21,664 nt of DNA from a bacterium (lineage in GTDB: Bacteria > JADJOY01). The position numbers and the translations under genes were made by a program. The notes under the pieces were generated by a model. It made no database searches, was not told where the DNA came from, and saw only the letters and a program-made list of their open reading frames with translations. The stretch spans positions 186,001-207,664 of the forward strand of contig JAXLQJ010000009.1 of the NCBI GenBank assembly GCA_046331705.1. Reading direction: 5' to 3'. This document shows positions 1 through 7,943 of this stretch, in pieces (position 1 is the first letter of the stretch; every line of letters starts with the position of its first letter).

Positions 1-2
1 AC

Positions 3-320
3 GTGCGGCTGCGCGGCCTGAACGGGCGCCTCGTCACCGGCAAGGTGGCGAGCATCGTCCGCACCGCGGCGCCGGAAAGCGAGCTCGACGTGGACGCCTA
101 CCGCACCGACCGCGAGGCGCACCTTCAGCAGTCGATGAAGCAGAGCGAGGACACCTACCAGGTGCGCGTGGTGGTGACGCTGGATCCGAGCGACGAGAAG
201 CTCTCGCCCGGGATGACCGGCTTCGCGCGCATCGTGATCGGGCCGGACGTCTTCGGGCGCGCGGTGATCCGCCCGGTGCTGCGCTACCTGCGCACCGAGG
301 TGTGGTCGTGGCTGCCGTGA
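3..320 (+). CDS. C-terminal fragment of a HlyD/membrane-fusion (periplasmic adaptor)-type protein, 5' truncated by the window edge
   Basis: Open frame from the window start to TGA 318-320. GKVASI...YQVRVVVTLDPSDEKLSPGMTGFARIVIG matches the beta-barrel end (L.PGMTG.A.I) typical of HlyD-family adaptors. Confidence 0.7.
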   Translation: MRLRGLNGRLVTGKVASIVRTAAPESELDVDAYRTDREAHLQQSMKQSEDTYQVRVVVTLDPSDEKLSPGMTGFARIVIGPDVFGRAVIRPVLRYLRTEVWSWLP

Positions 321-381
321 ACGGTCGCGCGGTCGCCGCCACGGGACGGCCTCGTGGGCGCGCGTCGGACGACGGTCGCGC

Positions 382-1947
382 TCACTTGGCGCGCAGCGCC
401 GGCCCGCCGATGGCGCGCGCCAGATCGAACTGCGCGCGGTCGTAGCTCGCCAGCGCATTCGCGAGTGCGCTCTGCGCGCGCGTCAGCTCGAGCTCGGCGC
501 GCAGCACCTCTTCCTGCACCGCCGCGCCCTCTCGGTAGCGGACCTTGGCCAGCTCGTAGGACTCGGCGTTGGCCCTCACCTCGCGCACGGCGGCGAGGAT
601 CGTGCCCGCCGAGGCTTGCGAGCTGCGATAGGCCCGCACCACCTCGGATGCGACGGTACGCGTGACCTGCGTCTCGGCGACCTCGGCCTTGCGCCGCGCG
701 GCTCGCGCCTTGTCGAGCTGCGAGAGGTTGGCGGGGTCGAGCGCCCACTCCGCTGCCGCCGTGTAAACCTCGCGGTCGTCGAGATCGCGGGGATTCGTGC
801 CGAAGCCGCCGTATTCCGCCGTCAGCTTGAGCTGCGGGATGAGCCAGCGGTTCTCCCAATAGCCCTCGTTCTCGCGCGACGCCGCCAGCTCCCGCCCGAG
901 CTGAGCCACCTCGGGACGATCCGCCACCGCACGCCGCACCAGCTCGTTCAAGTCGTCGAGCGCGATCAGCTCCACGGCGGCGATCGCATCCTCCGCGGGA
1001 ACGAGCTCGGTGGTGGGCGGCAATCCCAGCTGCTCGACGAGCTTCGCCGAGGCCACCGCCACCTGCCGCCGGGCCTCGAGCACGCCACGCTCCGCCTCCG
1101 CGAGCTTGGCCTGCGCGCGCAGCAGATCCACCTCGAGCCCAGCACCGCTCGACACCCGCGTGAGCTCGAGATCGACCAGCTCGCGGCCGTGACGCACCGA
1201 GCTCTCCGCGATCCACAGCTCGGCGCAGCTCTCGACCAGATCGAAGTAGCCGGTGGCCGCCGTGTGCAAGCTGTCGTGCGCCTCGACGCGAATCGCATCG
1301 AGCGCCCCGGCCAGGTGCTCCTCGGCTGCGGCGAGCGTGAAGAGCGCCGCATCCAAGTCGTAGCTGAGCGAGATCTTGGGGCCGAAAAACGAGTTCTGGT
1401 AGTTCGCCTCGAAGAAGCGGCCGGCGGTGCCTTGGGTGAAGCCGTTCAACAGACCGAACTTCGCCTGGGTCGCGACGCTCGGCAGCAGCGAGTCGCGCAC
1501 GATGCGCCGCTCGGCTTCCGCCACCGCCGCGTCCTCCTGCGCCATGCGCACGTCGAGCGCCTCGGCTCCCACCGTCGCCAGCAGCTCGGCGAGCGAGATC
1601 GGGCGCGCGCCGGCGAGCTCCGTCGCGAGCGGCATCGCCACGTCCGTGATCGACGTCGGCGTCGCGGGGACACCCGTCAGCGCCGCGCGGGCGCGCGCCT
1701 CCGTGGGCGAGGCGCCGGATTCGGACGGTCCGGAAGGTGCCGACGGTGCGGCGGGCGTGGACGGCGGGGGAGGTGCGACGCCGTCCCGTGACGCGCCTGC
1801 CGCGGCCTCGGGCAGGGCGCGCGGCGCGGGGATCCACACCGCGGGGTCGGGCGGCGTGAGGTCGACGGGATCGACGAAGAGACAACCCGCCGAGCCGAGC
1901 ATGGCGGCGGCCGCGACCACCACCGGCACGAGTGGGTGCTTGCTCAA
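382..1947 (-). CDS. TolC-family outer-membrane efflux lipoprotein
   Basis: TTG start preceded by GGAGGA; signal peptide with lipobox-like SAGC; Pro/Ala/Ser-rich linker; two OEP-like helical repeats (GAGLEVDLLRAQAKLAEAE; YELAKVRYREGAAVQEEVLRAELELTRAQ). Confidence 0.88.
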   Translation of the reverse strand: MSKHPLVPVVVAAAAMLGSAGCLFVDPVDLTPPDPAVWIPAPRALPEAAAGASRDGVAPPPPSTPAAPSAPSGPSESGASPTEARARAALTGVPATPTSITDVAMPLATELAGARPISLAELLATVGAEALDVRMAQEDAAVAEAERRIVRDSLLPSVATQAKFGLLNGFTQGTAGRFFEANYQNSFFGPKISLSYDLDAALFTLAAAEEHLAGALDAIRVEAHDSLHTAATGYFDLVESCAELWIAESSVRHGRELVDLELTRVSSGAGLEVDLLRAQAKLAEAERGVLEARRQVAVASAKLVEQLGLPPTTELVPAEDAIAAVELIALDDLNELVRRAVADRPEVAQLGRELAASRENEGYWENRWLIPQLKLTAEYGGFGTNPRDLDDREVYTAAAEWALDPANLSQLDKARAARRKAEVAETQVTRTVASEVVRAYRSSQASAGTILAAVREVRANAESYELAKVRYREGAAVQEEVLRAELELTRAQSALANALASYDRAQFDLARAIGGPALRAK

Positions 1948-2062
1948 CGGGTTCCTCCACGCACCAAGACGGAACGCGGCGTCTCGATCGCGATCGATCC
2001 CGATCCGCCGCCGCTCGCTGCGCGACGAGCCTACGGACGCGAGTCGCGCTTGTCCAGCGCGC

Positions 2063-3290
2063 TCAGGCCGCGCGCGGCGCGTTTCCTTCCGGGGATAGCG
2101 CCGCGATCAGCCCAGCGACGACTCGCGGCCAGTCGAACCGGCGCTCCGCGTCGGCGCGCGCGGCCTCGCCGAGGGCGCGGCCGCGATCGGGTCGCGCGAG
2201 GACGCGCGCGATCGCCGCGCCGAGCTCCCGGGCGTCGCCCGGCGGAACCAGCACGCCGTTGCGCTCGCTCTCGATCTTCTCCGGGATCCCGCCGGCGCGG
2301 CTGGCCACGATCGGAAGGCGGTGCGCCATCGCCTCCACCGTGACCAGCGAGGTGCCCTCGAAGAGCGTGGGATGCACGAAGAGGTCGGCGAGCGGGTAGA
2401 GATTGTGAAGCTCGGCGTCGCTGACGTTGCCCAGGAACGTCACGTGGGCGGCGATGCCTCGCTCGCGCGCGCGCGACTCGAGCGCGCCGCGCAGGCTGCC
2501 CTCGCCCACCACCGCCCACCGCCATCCCTCGCCGAGGGCGCTCGCCGCGTGCGCCAGCGCGTCGATCGCCACGTCGATCCCCTTGTTCGCCTCGAGGCGC
2601 GCCACACTCAAGATCAACGGGCGGCGATGCGCGACGTCGAGTTGCTCGGCCCACCGCGCCACGAGCGCGTCGTCGTGCAGCGACGCGATCTCGGCCAAGT
2701 CGATGCCCGCGGGCACCACGGCGAACGCCGCGGGCGCGAACCCCAAGAGCTCGCGCGCTTCCCGCCGCGCGCCATCGTCGGTCACGATCACCACCGCCGC
2801 GCGGCGCGTTGCCGAGCGGATCGCCGCGCGAAACGGCGCGTAGAGCAGACGCTTGCGCCAGTCGGGATTCTTGAACTCCTCCATGCCGTGGTGGAAGCAG
2901 ACGAAGCGCGGCCTGCGCGCGCCGAGGCGCGGCACCATCCGCGCGATCCCCCAGGCGCCCAATCCCTGTGCGTAGATCGCGTCGAACGGCCGCGCGCGGT
3001 GCTCGGCCAGCACCGCGCGCCGCGGCGCGCGAGAACAGGAAGTAATTGGTGATCCGATCCAGGATCACCGTGCCGCGCAGCCGCCCGAGGAGCGGGACGC
3101 GGCGATGACCGACGAAGCGCGCCGTCGGCGCCCAGCCACCGAGCGATGCGTCGGAGTCGGGAGGCTCGCAGAAGAGCACCACCTCCACGCCCGCGCGCTC
3201 GAGCTGGCGCGCGACGTCGAACGCATAACGCTGCAAGCCGCCCTGGAAATGAAAGGGCAGCGCGTAACGCGAGAGCAATGCGATGCGCAC
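2063..3290 (-). pseudogene. Glycosyltransferase family 4 (GT-B) protein, split by a frameshift at ~3014-3022
   Basis: The N-terminus (GTG 3290: VRIALLSRYALPFHFQGGLQRYAFDVARQL) is in the 2031..3395 frame. The remainder (VLAEHRARPFDAIYAQG...SVARLEANKG...PTLFEGTSLVTVEAMAHRLPIVASRAGGIPE) is in the 2063..3013 frame. It may be an assembly error rather than a true pseudogene. Confidence 0.82.
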
Positions 3291-3377
3291 GAGGACGTGT
3301 CCTGGCTGGATCGAGGGTTCGCGAAGCGCCGGGAATGTGGCCGGCGACACGGCGCCGCGCAACGGCGTCGCGTGCGT

Positions 3378-3407
3378 TTTCCAGGCTTTCTCCACGCGTG
3401 CTAGGTT
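3378..3407 (+). promoter_or_regulatory. Putative sigma70-type promoter (extended -10) for the fabI-like gene
   Basis: TG-C-TAGGTT at 3399-3407 fits TGnTAnnnT; TTTCCA lies 18 bp upstream; ~55 nt before ATG 3462. Confidence 0.4.
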
Positions 3408-3461
3408 CCCGCCGCGCCGCGCGCGGATCCACCCGGCGGCCCCGTTCGCGAGACGCTCACC

Positions 3462-4370
3462 ATGACCTCATCCCCCGGCGCCGGTCTCGATCTGGCCGGC
3501 AAGCACGTCGTCGTCCTCGGTGTCGCCGATGCATCGAGCCTCGCCTGGGCGATCGCCGTGGCCTTCGCTGCCCACGGCGCGCGCGTGCGGATCGGCTATC
3601 AGCAGAAATTCCTGAGCCGGGTGCGGCTCCTGTTGATGGAGCAGCCGTCCATCGAGGGCATGCGCTGCGACGTGACCAGCGAGGACGAGCTGGCGGCGTT
3701 CTTCGGCCGTTTCGCCGACGACCCGCTCGACGTGCTGGTCCACGGCGTGGCCTACGGTCCGCCCGAGTTCTTCAACAGGCCGCCCTCGCACGTGAGTGCC
3801 GCGGGTTACGCCCAGGGCCTCGGGATCTCCTCGCACTCGCTCTCCACCGTGGTCCGCTTCGCCGCGCCCTACCTGCGCGAATGGGCGAGCGTGATGACGC
3901 TCACGTTTCAGGCCTCGCAACGCGCGATGCCGATGTACGGCACGATGGGCATCGCCAAGGCCGCGCTGGAAGCGACGGTGCGCTACCTGGCGCTCGAGCT
4001 GGGGCCGCGCAAGGTGCGCGTCAACGCCGTGTCGCCCGGGCCGGTGCAGACCGTCGCCGCGCTGGGTGAGATCCTCGCCTTCCTGCGCGAGCCCGACGCC
4101 GCCCATCACCAGCGCGGGCAGCTCACACGCCTCGCCGTGGAGGCCGCGCGCGAGGAGCTCGGGCCAGGTGAGCACGAGGACATCACCATCGCCACCGCCG
4201 CGTGGCGCCACGTGCAGGACGATTTCGCGTGGCGCTCGGCGCTGCCGGACGTCGTCACGCAAGAGGACGTCGCCGGCACGGCGCTCTTCCTCGGCAGCGA
4301 CCTGGCGCGAAAGATCACCGGACAGGTGATCCACGTCGATTGCGGTCTCTCGACCGCGCTGGTGTTGTGA
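3462..4370 (+). CDS. fabI: Enoyl-ACP reductase, FabI-like SDR, with an ~40-aa insertion
   Basis: LAGKHVVVLGVADASSLAWAIA, CDVT, LDVLVHGVAY, catalytic Y-x6-K (YGTMGIAK), VRVNAVSPGPVQT and ITGQVIHVDCG are FabI hallmarks. Confidence 0.85.
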   Translation: MTSSPGAGLDLAGKHVVVLGVADASSLAWAIAVAFAAHGARVRIGYQQKFLSRVRLLLMEQPSIEGMRCDVTSEDELAAFFGRFADDPLDVLVHGVAYGPPEFFNRPPSHVSAAGYAQGLGISSHSLSTVVRFAAPYLREWASVMTLTFQASQRAMPMYGTMGIAKAALEATVRYLALELGPRKVRVNAVSPGPVQTVAALGEILAFLREPDAAHHQRGQLTRLAVEAAREELGPGEHEDITIATAAWRHVQDDFAWRSALPDVVTQEDVAGTALFLGSDLARKITGQVIHVDCGLSTALVL

Positions 4371-4392
4371 CGAGCGCCTCGCCGCGCGCGGC

Positions 4393-5727
4393 GTGCTGCG
4401 CGACACGACGCTGACGGACGTGCAAACGCTGGCGCGGCATCCGGCGCGGATCGTCGCGGCGCTCTACCTCGGCTTCGCGCTGCTCTTCTTCGCCGCCGCG
4501 GCGACGCGCGGCGTGGCGCGCGGGCGGCTCATCGCCGGCGACGCGCTCTTCTACTACGCCTACCTACCCTCGCTGGTCGTCGATCACGACGTCGACCTCA
4601 CGAACGACCTCGAGACGCTGCGCGGAAGCTCGCCGACGCCGCTCAAGTGGAGCCCCACGACCACCGGCAAGGCGTCGAGTCCGTTCGCCGTCGGCAGCGC
4701 GATCCTCGCCTTGCCATTTTTCCTGATCGGGCTGGGTGCCGACGCGCTCTTCGCCGGCCGTAGCGACGGCTACGGCTGGTTCGCGCAAGGGTCCGTGTGC
4801 CTCGCGGGGATGAGCTACGCCGCGCTCGGGACGGTGCTGGGGATCCGGCTGCTGCGGCGCTGGCACGACGACGCGATCGCGCTCGTGGCGTCGCTCGCGA
4901 CCGTGCTCGCCACACCACTCGTCTACTACTGGCTCGTCTCCCCCGCGTACGCGCACGCCGCCTCGTTCTTCGCCGTGACCGCCTTCTTGAGCGTGTGGCT
5001 CGCCCATCGGGAAGCACTCGCCCAGCGCGGCGCGCTCTGGCTCGGCCTCAGCGCGGGCGTCATGACGCTGGTGCGCTGGCAGGACGTGCTCTTCGTGCTG
5101 GTCCCGGCGGTGGCGCTCCTGGCGAGGCTCGCGCGCGCGAGCGCGAGCGGCGCGGAGCGACGGCGCGTGCTCGCGTTCATCGCCACCACAGCCGTGGCCG
5201 CCGGGATCGCCTTCCTCCCGCAGATGTGGGTTTGGCACGAGATCTACGGGAAATGGCTTACGGTCCCGCAGGGCGACACCTGGGTGCGCTGGACGCGGCC
5301 GGACCTGCTGGCGGCGCTCGCGTCGCTCGACGCGGGTGGGCTCTTCACCTGGACGCCGCTCACCCTCGTCGGCATCCTCGGCCTCGGGATGTTCCGGCGC
5401 GCGGAACCGATGCTGGCGCTCGGCCTGGCGCTGGCGTTCGCCGCCGAGATCTACGTGGAAGGCACGGTGCACCACGGCTTGGGCAGCGCCTACGGCTGTC
5501 GCCGTCTCATCGGCGCCACCGCGATCTTCGCCATCGGCTTCGCGACCGTGCTCGAGCGCGTGCGAACGCGGCGCGGGTGGCGCGCGGCGCTCGCCGCCAG
5601 CGCGCTCTTGGTCGGCTGGAACGGGCTCTTGCTGACCGAGTATCAATGGCTCGCCCATCGGCCGGGCCGACACGGTCCCTACCCCACGCTGCGCGAGCTG
5701 ATCCAGCACACCCCGTTTCGGGGCTGA
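4393..5727 (+). CDS. Polytopic membrane protein, probable GT-C-fold (ArnT/PMT-like) glycosyltransferase
   Basis: About 10-11 hydrophobic segments; GDALFYYAYLPSLVVDHDVDLTND loop after TM1; LVRWQD, GLFTWTP and AYGCRRL motifs resemble GT-C-like hypothetical proteins. The start is uncertain (GTG 4393 or 4420). Confidence 0.65.
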   Translation: MLRDTTLTDVQTLARHPARIVAALYLGFALLFFAAAATRGVARGRLIAGDALFYYAYLPSLVVDHDVDLTNDLETLRGSSPTPLKWSPTTTGKASSPFAVGSAILALPFFLIGLGADALFAGRSDGYGWFAQGSVCLAGMSYAALGTVLGIRLLRRWHDDAIALVASLATVLATPLVYYWLVSPAYAHAASFFAVTAFLSVWLAHREALAQRGALWLGLSAGVMTLVRWQDVLFVLVPAVALLARLARASASGAERRRVLAFIATTAVAAGIAFLPQMWVWHEIYGKWLTVPQGDTWVRWTRPDLLAALASLDAGGLFTWTPLTLVGILGLGMFRRAEPMLALGLALAFAAEIYVEGTVHHGLGSAYGCRRLIGATAIFAIGFATVLERVRTRRGWRAALAASALLVGWNGLLLTEYQWLAHRPGRHGPYPTLRELIQHTPFRG

Positions 5728-5757
5728 GCGGTGCGCGCGCACCGAGCGCGGCACGCG

Positions 5758-6942
5758 TCAGGAGGAAGCGCCACCCAGCGCCGCGCGCGCGAGCTCCTCG
5801 ACGATGCGCGCCTGGGCGTCCCAGGTGAACTGCGCGAGCGCGCGCTCGCGGGCCGCGGCGCCCATCGTTCGCAGCAGCTCGGGGGCATCGAGAAAGCGCT
5901 CCATCGCGCCGGCCAGCTCGCTCACCGAACCGTCGCCGATCAGGAAACCGTCGACCGAATCGCGCACGCACGCTTCGAGCGCCGGGACGCGCGTGGTGAT
6001 GACGGGCAACCCCGCGCCCATGTATTCGAAGAGCTTGATCGGCGACCAGAAGAACCCGATCGCCAGATCGGCGTGACGGCCGCTCGCGAACGGCGCGACG
6101 CCCACGTGCGACGCGCGCAGCACCGCCGGCACGTCGTCGGGAGGGAGCCGGCCTGGCGCCCACACGCGGTCGCGGATGCCGGCCTGCTCGGCAGCGGCGA
6201 GCGCCGCTGCCCGCTCGGGACCGTCGCCCACGAGCGCCAGCCCGAAGTCCCGGCGACCACGCGCCACGAGCGACGCGGCGGCGGCGACCAGCTCGCGGGC
6301 GCCGTGCCAGGCGCGAAAGCTCGACACCAGCACGAACACGATCGTCCCCTCGGGAAAGCCCAGGTCTCGGCGCGGGCCGCGGGGCTCGACGCGCTCGGGG
6401 TCGAAGCCGTTGGTGACGGTGCGAAAACGGGCGTCGCGCCGGGCGGGCGGAACCAGGAGCGGCGACGTGGCGTAGATGCCGGCACAGTGGTCGAGGATCC
6501 ACTCGCGATAGCGCGCGACCGGCCGCCCCGGAAGACACGCATCGATTCGGCCGCGCGGCGAGCCCGGCGGATCGAAGGCTGGCGAATTCACCTCGAGCAG
6601 CGCGGGGACGCCGCATGCACGCGCCGCGCGGACTCCCGCCCCACCGAAGCTCGAGTAACGCTCGATCACCACGTCGGGACGCACCCGGCGAAGCTCGCGC
6701 GCCACCATGCCCGCCGCGCACCACTCGAGATAGCGAAACGAGTGCAGGCCGCGCCGCCGCAGCCACAGCACCCCGTCGCGATGCTCGTCGCCCCGACCGC
6801 CGACGATCGCGCTCACCAGGTGGCCGCGGCGCGCCAGCGCTCGCGTGAGCGCTGCGGTGTGCGCCGCGCCGCCGTCGCTGCCCGGCACGTGCACGCCGGG
6901 GGCCACGTAGAGGATGCGCAGCGCGGAGCTCGCGCCGGTCAT
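5758..6942 (-). CDS. Glycosyltransferase family 4 protein
   Basis: ATG 6942 overlaps the upstream TGA (ATGA). LRILYVAPG...GGAAHT, LLEVNSP, SSFRAWHG, SPIKLFEYMGAGLPVI. The ORF-track extension to 7611 is a shadow of the NUDIX gene. Confidence 0.9.
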   Translation of the reverse strand: MTGASSALRILYVAPGVHVPGSDGGAAHTAALTRALARRGHLVSAIVGGRGDEHRDGVLWLRRRGLHSFRYLEWCAAGMVARELRRVRPDVVIERYSSFGGAGVRAARACGVPALLEVNSPAFDPPGSPRGRIDACLPGRPVARYREWILDHCAGIYATSPLLVPPARRDARFRTVTNGFDPERVEPRGPRRDLGFPEGTIVFVLVSSFRAWHGARELVAAAASLVARGRRDFGLALVGDGPERAAALAAAEQAGIRDRVWAPGRLPPDDVPAVLRASHVGVAPFASGRHADLAIGFFWSPIKLFEYMGAGLPVITTRVPALEACVRDSVDGFLIGDGSVSELAGAMERFLDAPELLRTMGAAARERALAQFTWDAQARIVEELARAALGGASS

Positions 6943-7670
6943 CGCCCGGCACGCGGGGCGAGGGGATCGAGGCGGGCGAGCGCGCGGCGATCGACGCGAT
7001 GGAGCGCGCGCGCCCCCGAGCGAGTCGCCGCCGCCTGCACCACCGCGCCGTTGGCGGCGAGCTTCCGGAACGCGGGGCCGAAGCCCTGGGCGCCGCCGGC
7101 GACGGCCGTCCACGCGCGGCGCAGCTCGGTCACGTCGAAGCGTCGCGGCAGGAGGTCGAAGAGCAACGGCGAGCGTCCCAGCCGATCGCGCCAGTGAAGC
7201 ACCGCCCAGCGCACCAGCTCGCCGTGGTCGAAGGCCAGCGCCGGCAGCGCATCCGGTGAAAACCAGTCGGCGGCGGCGGCATCGTCGCCGGCCTTCACCG
7301 CGGCGGCGCGGGTCGGGAGCGCTGCCGTGTAGAGCGCGGTGACCGTGTGGCCCCGCGGATCGCGTCCGGGAGTGCCGATCACGCCGACCTGCTCGAGGCG
7401 CACGCCGCGGACACCCGTTTCCTCCGCGAGCTCGCGAGCCGCGGCGGCAGGGAGGTCCTCGTCGCGATCGACGAAGCCACCCGGCAAGGCCCAGGTGTCC
7501 GCGAACGGCGGACGGCCGCGACGGATGAGCAACACCTCGACGCGCGGCGCGCGAGCTTCCGCTGCCAGCCGGAAGAGTGCCACGTCCGCCGTCACCGACG
7601 GGCGCGGCCACTCGTACACGAAGCGTCCCGGCCCAGCCGGCGAACCGCTCGGGATGGATGCAGTCGACAT
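6939..7670 (-). CDS. NUDIX hydrolase, NrtR-like (NUDIX + degenerate C-terminal winged HTH)
   Basis: YEWPRPSVTADV, WALPGGFVDRDEDLPAAAARELAEETGV (complete Nudix box), PGRDPRG, AGDDA, LAFDH, then LLPRRFDVTEL. It is the 3' end of the 6939..9482 track ORF, with ATG at 7670. Confidence 0.88.
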   Translation of the reverse strand: MSTASIPSGSPAGPGRFVYEWPRPSVTADVALFRLAAEARAPRVEVLLIRRGRPPFADTWALPGGFVDRDEDLPAAAARELAEETGVRGVRLEQVGVIGTPGRDPRGHTVTALYTAALPTRAAAVKAGDDAAAADWFSPDALPALAFDHGELVRWAVLHWRDRLGRSPLLFDLLPRRFDVTELRRAWTAVAGGAQGFGPAFRKLAANGAVVQAAATRSGARALHRVDRRALARLDPLAPRAGR

Positions 7671-7679
7671 GAGGGGCGA

Positions 7680-7708
7680 AGGTTCCCGCGCGTGCATACC
7701 CACGTCAA
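7680..7708 (-). promoter_or_regulatory. Putative sigma70-type promoter for the NUDIX-GT4 pair (near-leaderless)
   Basis: Minus strand TTGACG (7708-7703)-N17-GAACCT (7685-7680), 9 nt before ATG 7670; no Shine-Dalgarno seen. Confidence 0.4.
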
Positions 7709-7913
7709 GGCCGACCGAGGCTCGGCCGGCCGCGGCGCGCGGCGAACACGCGCGCGCAACCCACGCGGACGTCGAGCCTGCGCCCCGAGGGACGCGGCGG
7801 CGCGCCCGCGGGGGCGCGGCGGCACCGTCGCCGTGCGCCGTGTTTCGAGCTGGCCCCCGTGGATTCCTCGGGTTTCGCGCGTGTTTCGCACGCGTCTCGC
7901 GGACGACCGCGCG

Positions 7914-7929
7914 CGGCATGCGAGTTGCG
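7914..7929 (+). promoter_or_regulatory. Putative sigma54 (-24/-12) promoter for comM
   Basis: CGGCATGCGAGTTGCG: GG-N10-GC with TTGC, close to consensus TGGCACGNNNNTTGC; ends 14 nt before ATG 7944. Confidence 0.6.
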
Positions 7930-7943
7930 CTGCGCCAGGCACC

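Noticed and set aside
7691-7704. CGTG-N6-CACG palindrome as an NrtR operator
   Set aside because: The spacing is GT-N8-AC rather than the GT-N7-AC core, it lacks AT-rich flanks, and it is too short to be significant.
7347-7943. N-terminal extension of ComM (726-aa track ORF)
   Set aside because: It overlaps the NUDIX gene on the other strand and has Arg/Ala/Pro shadow composition. Family similarity starts after ATG 7944.
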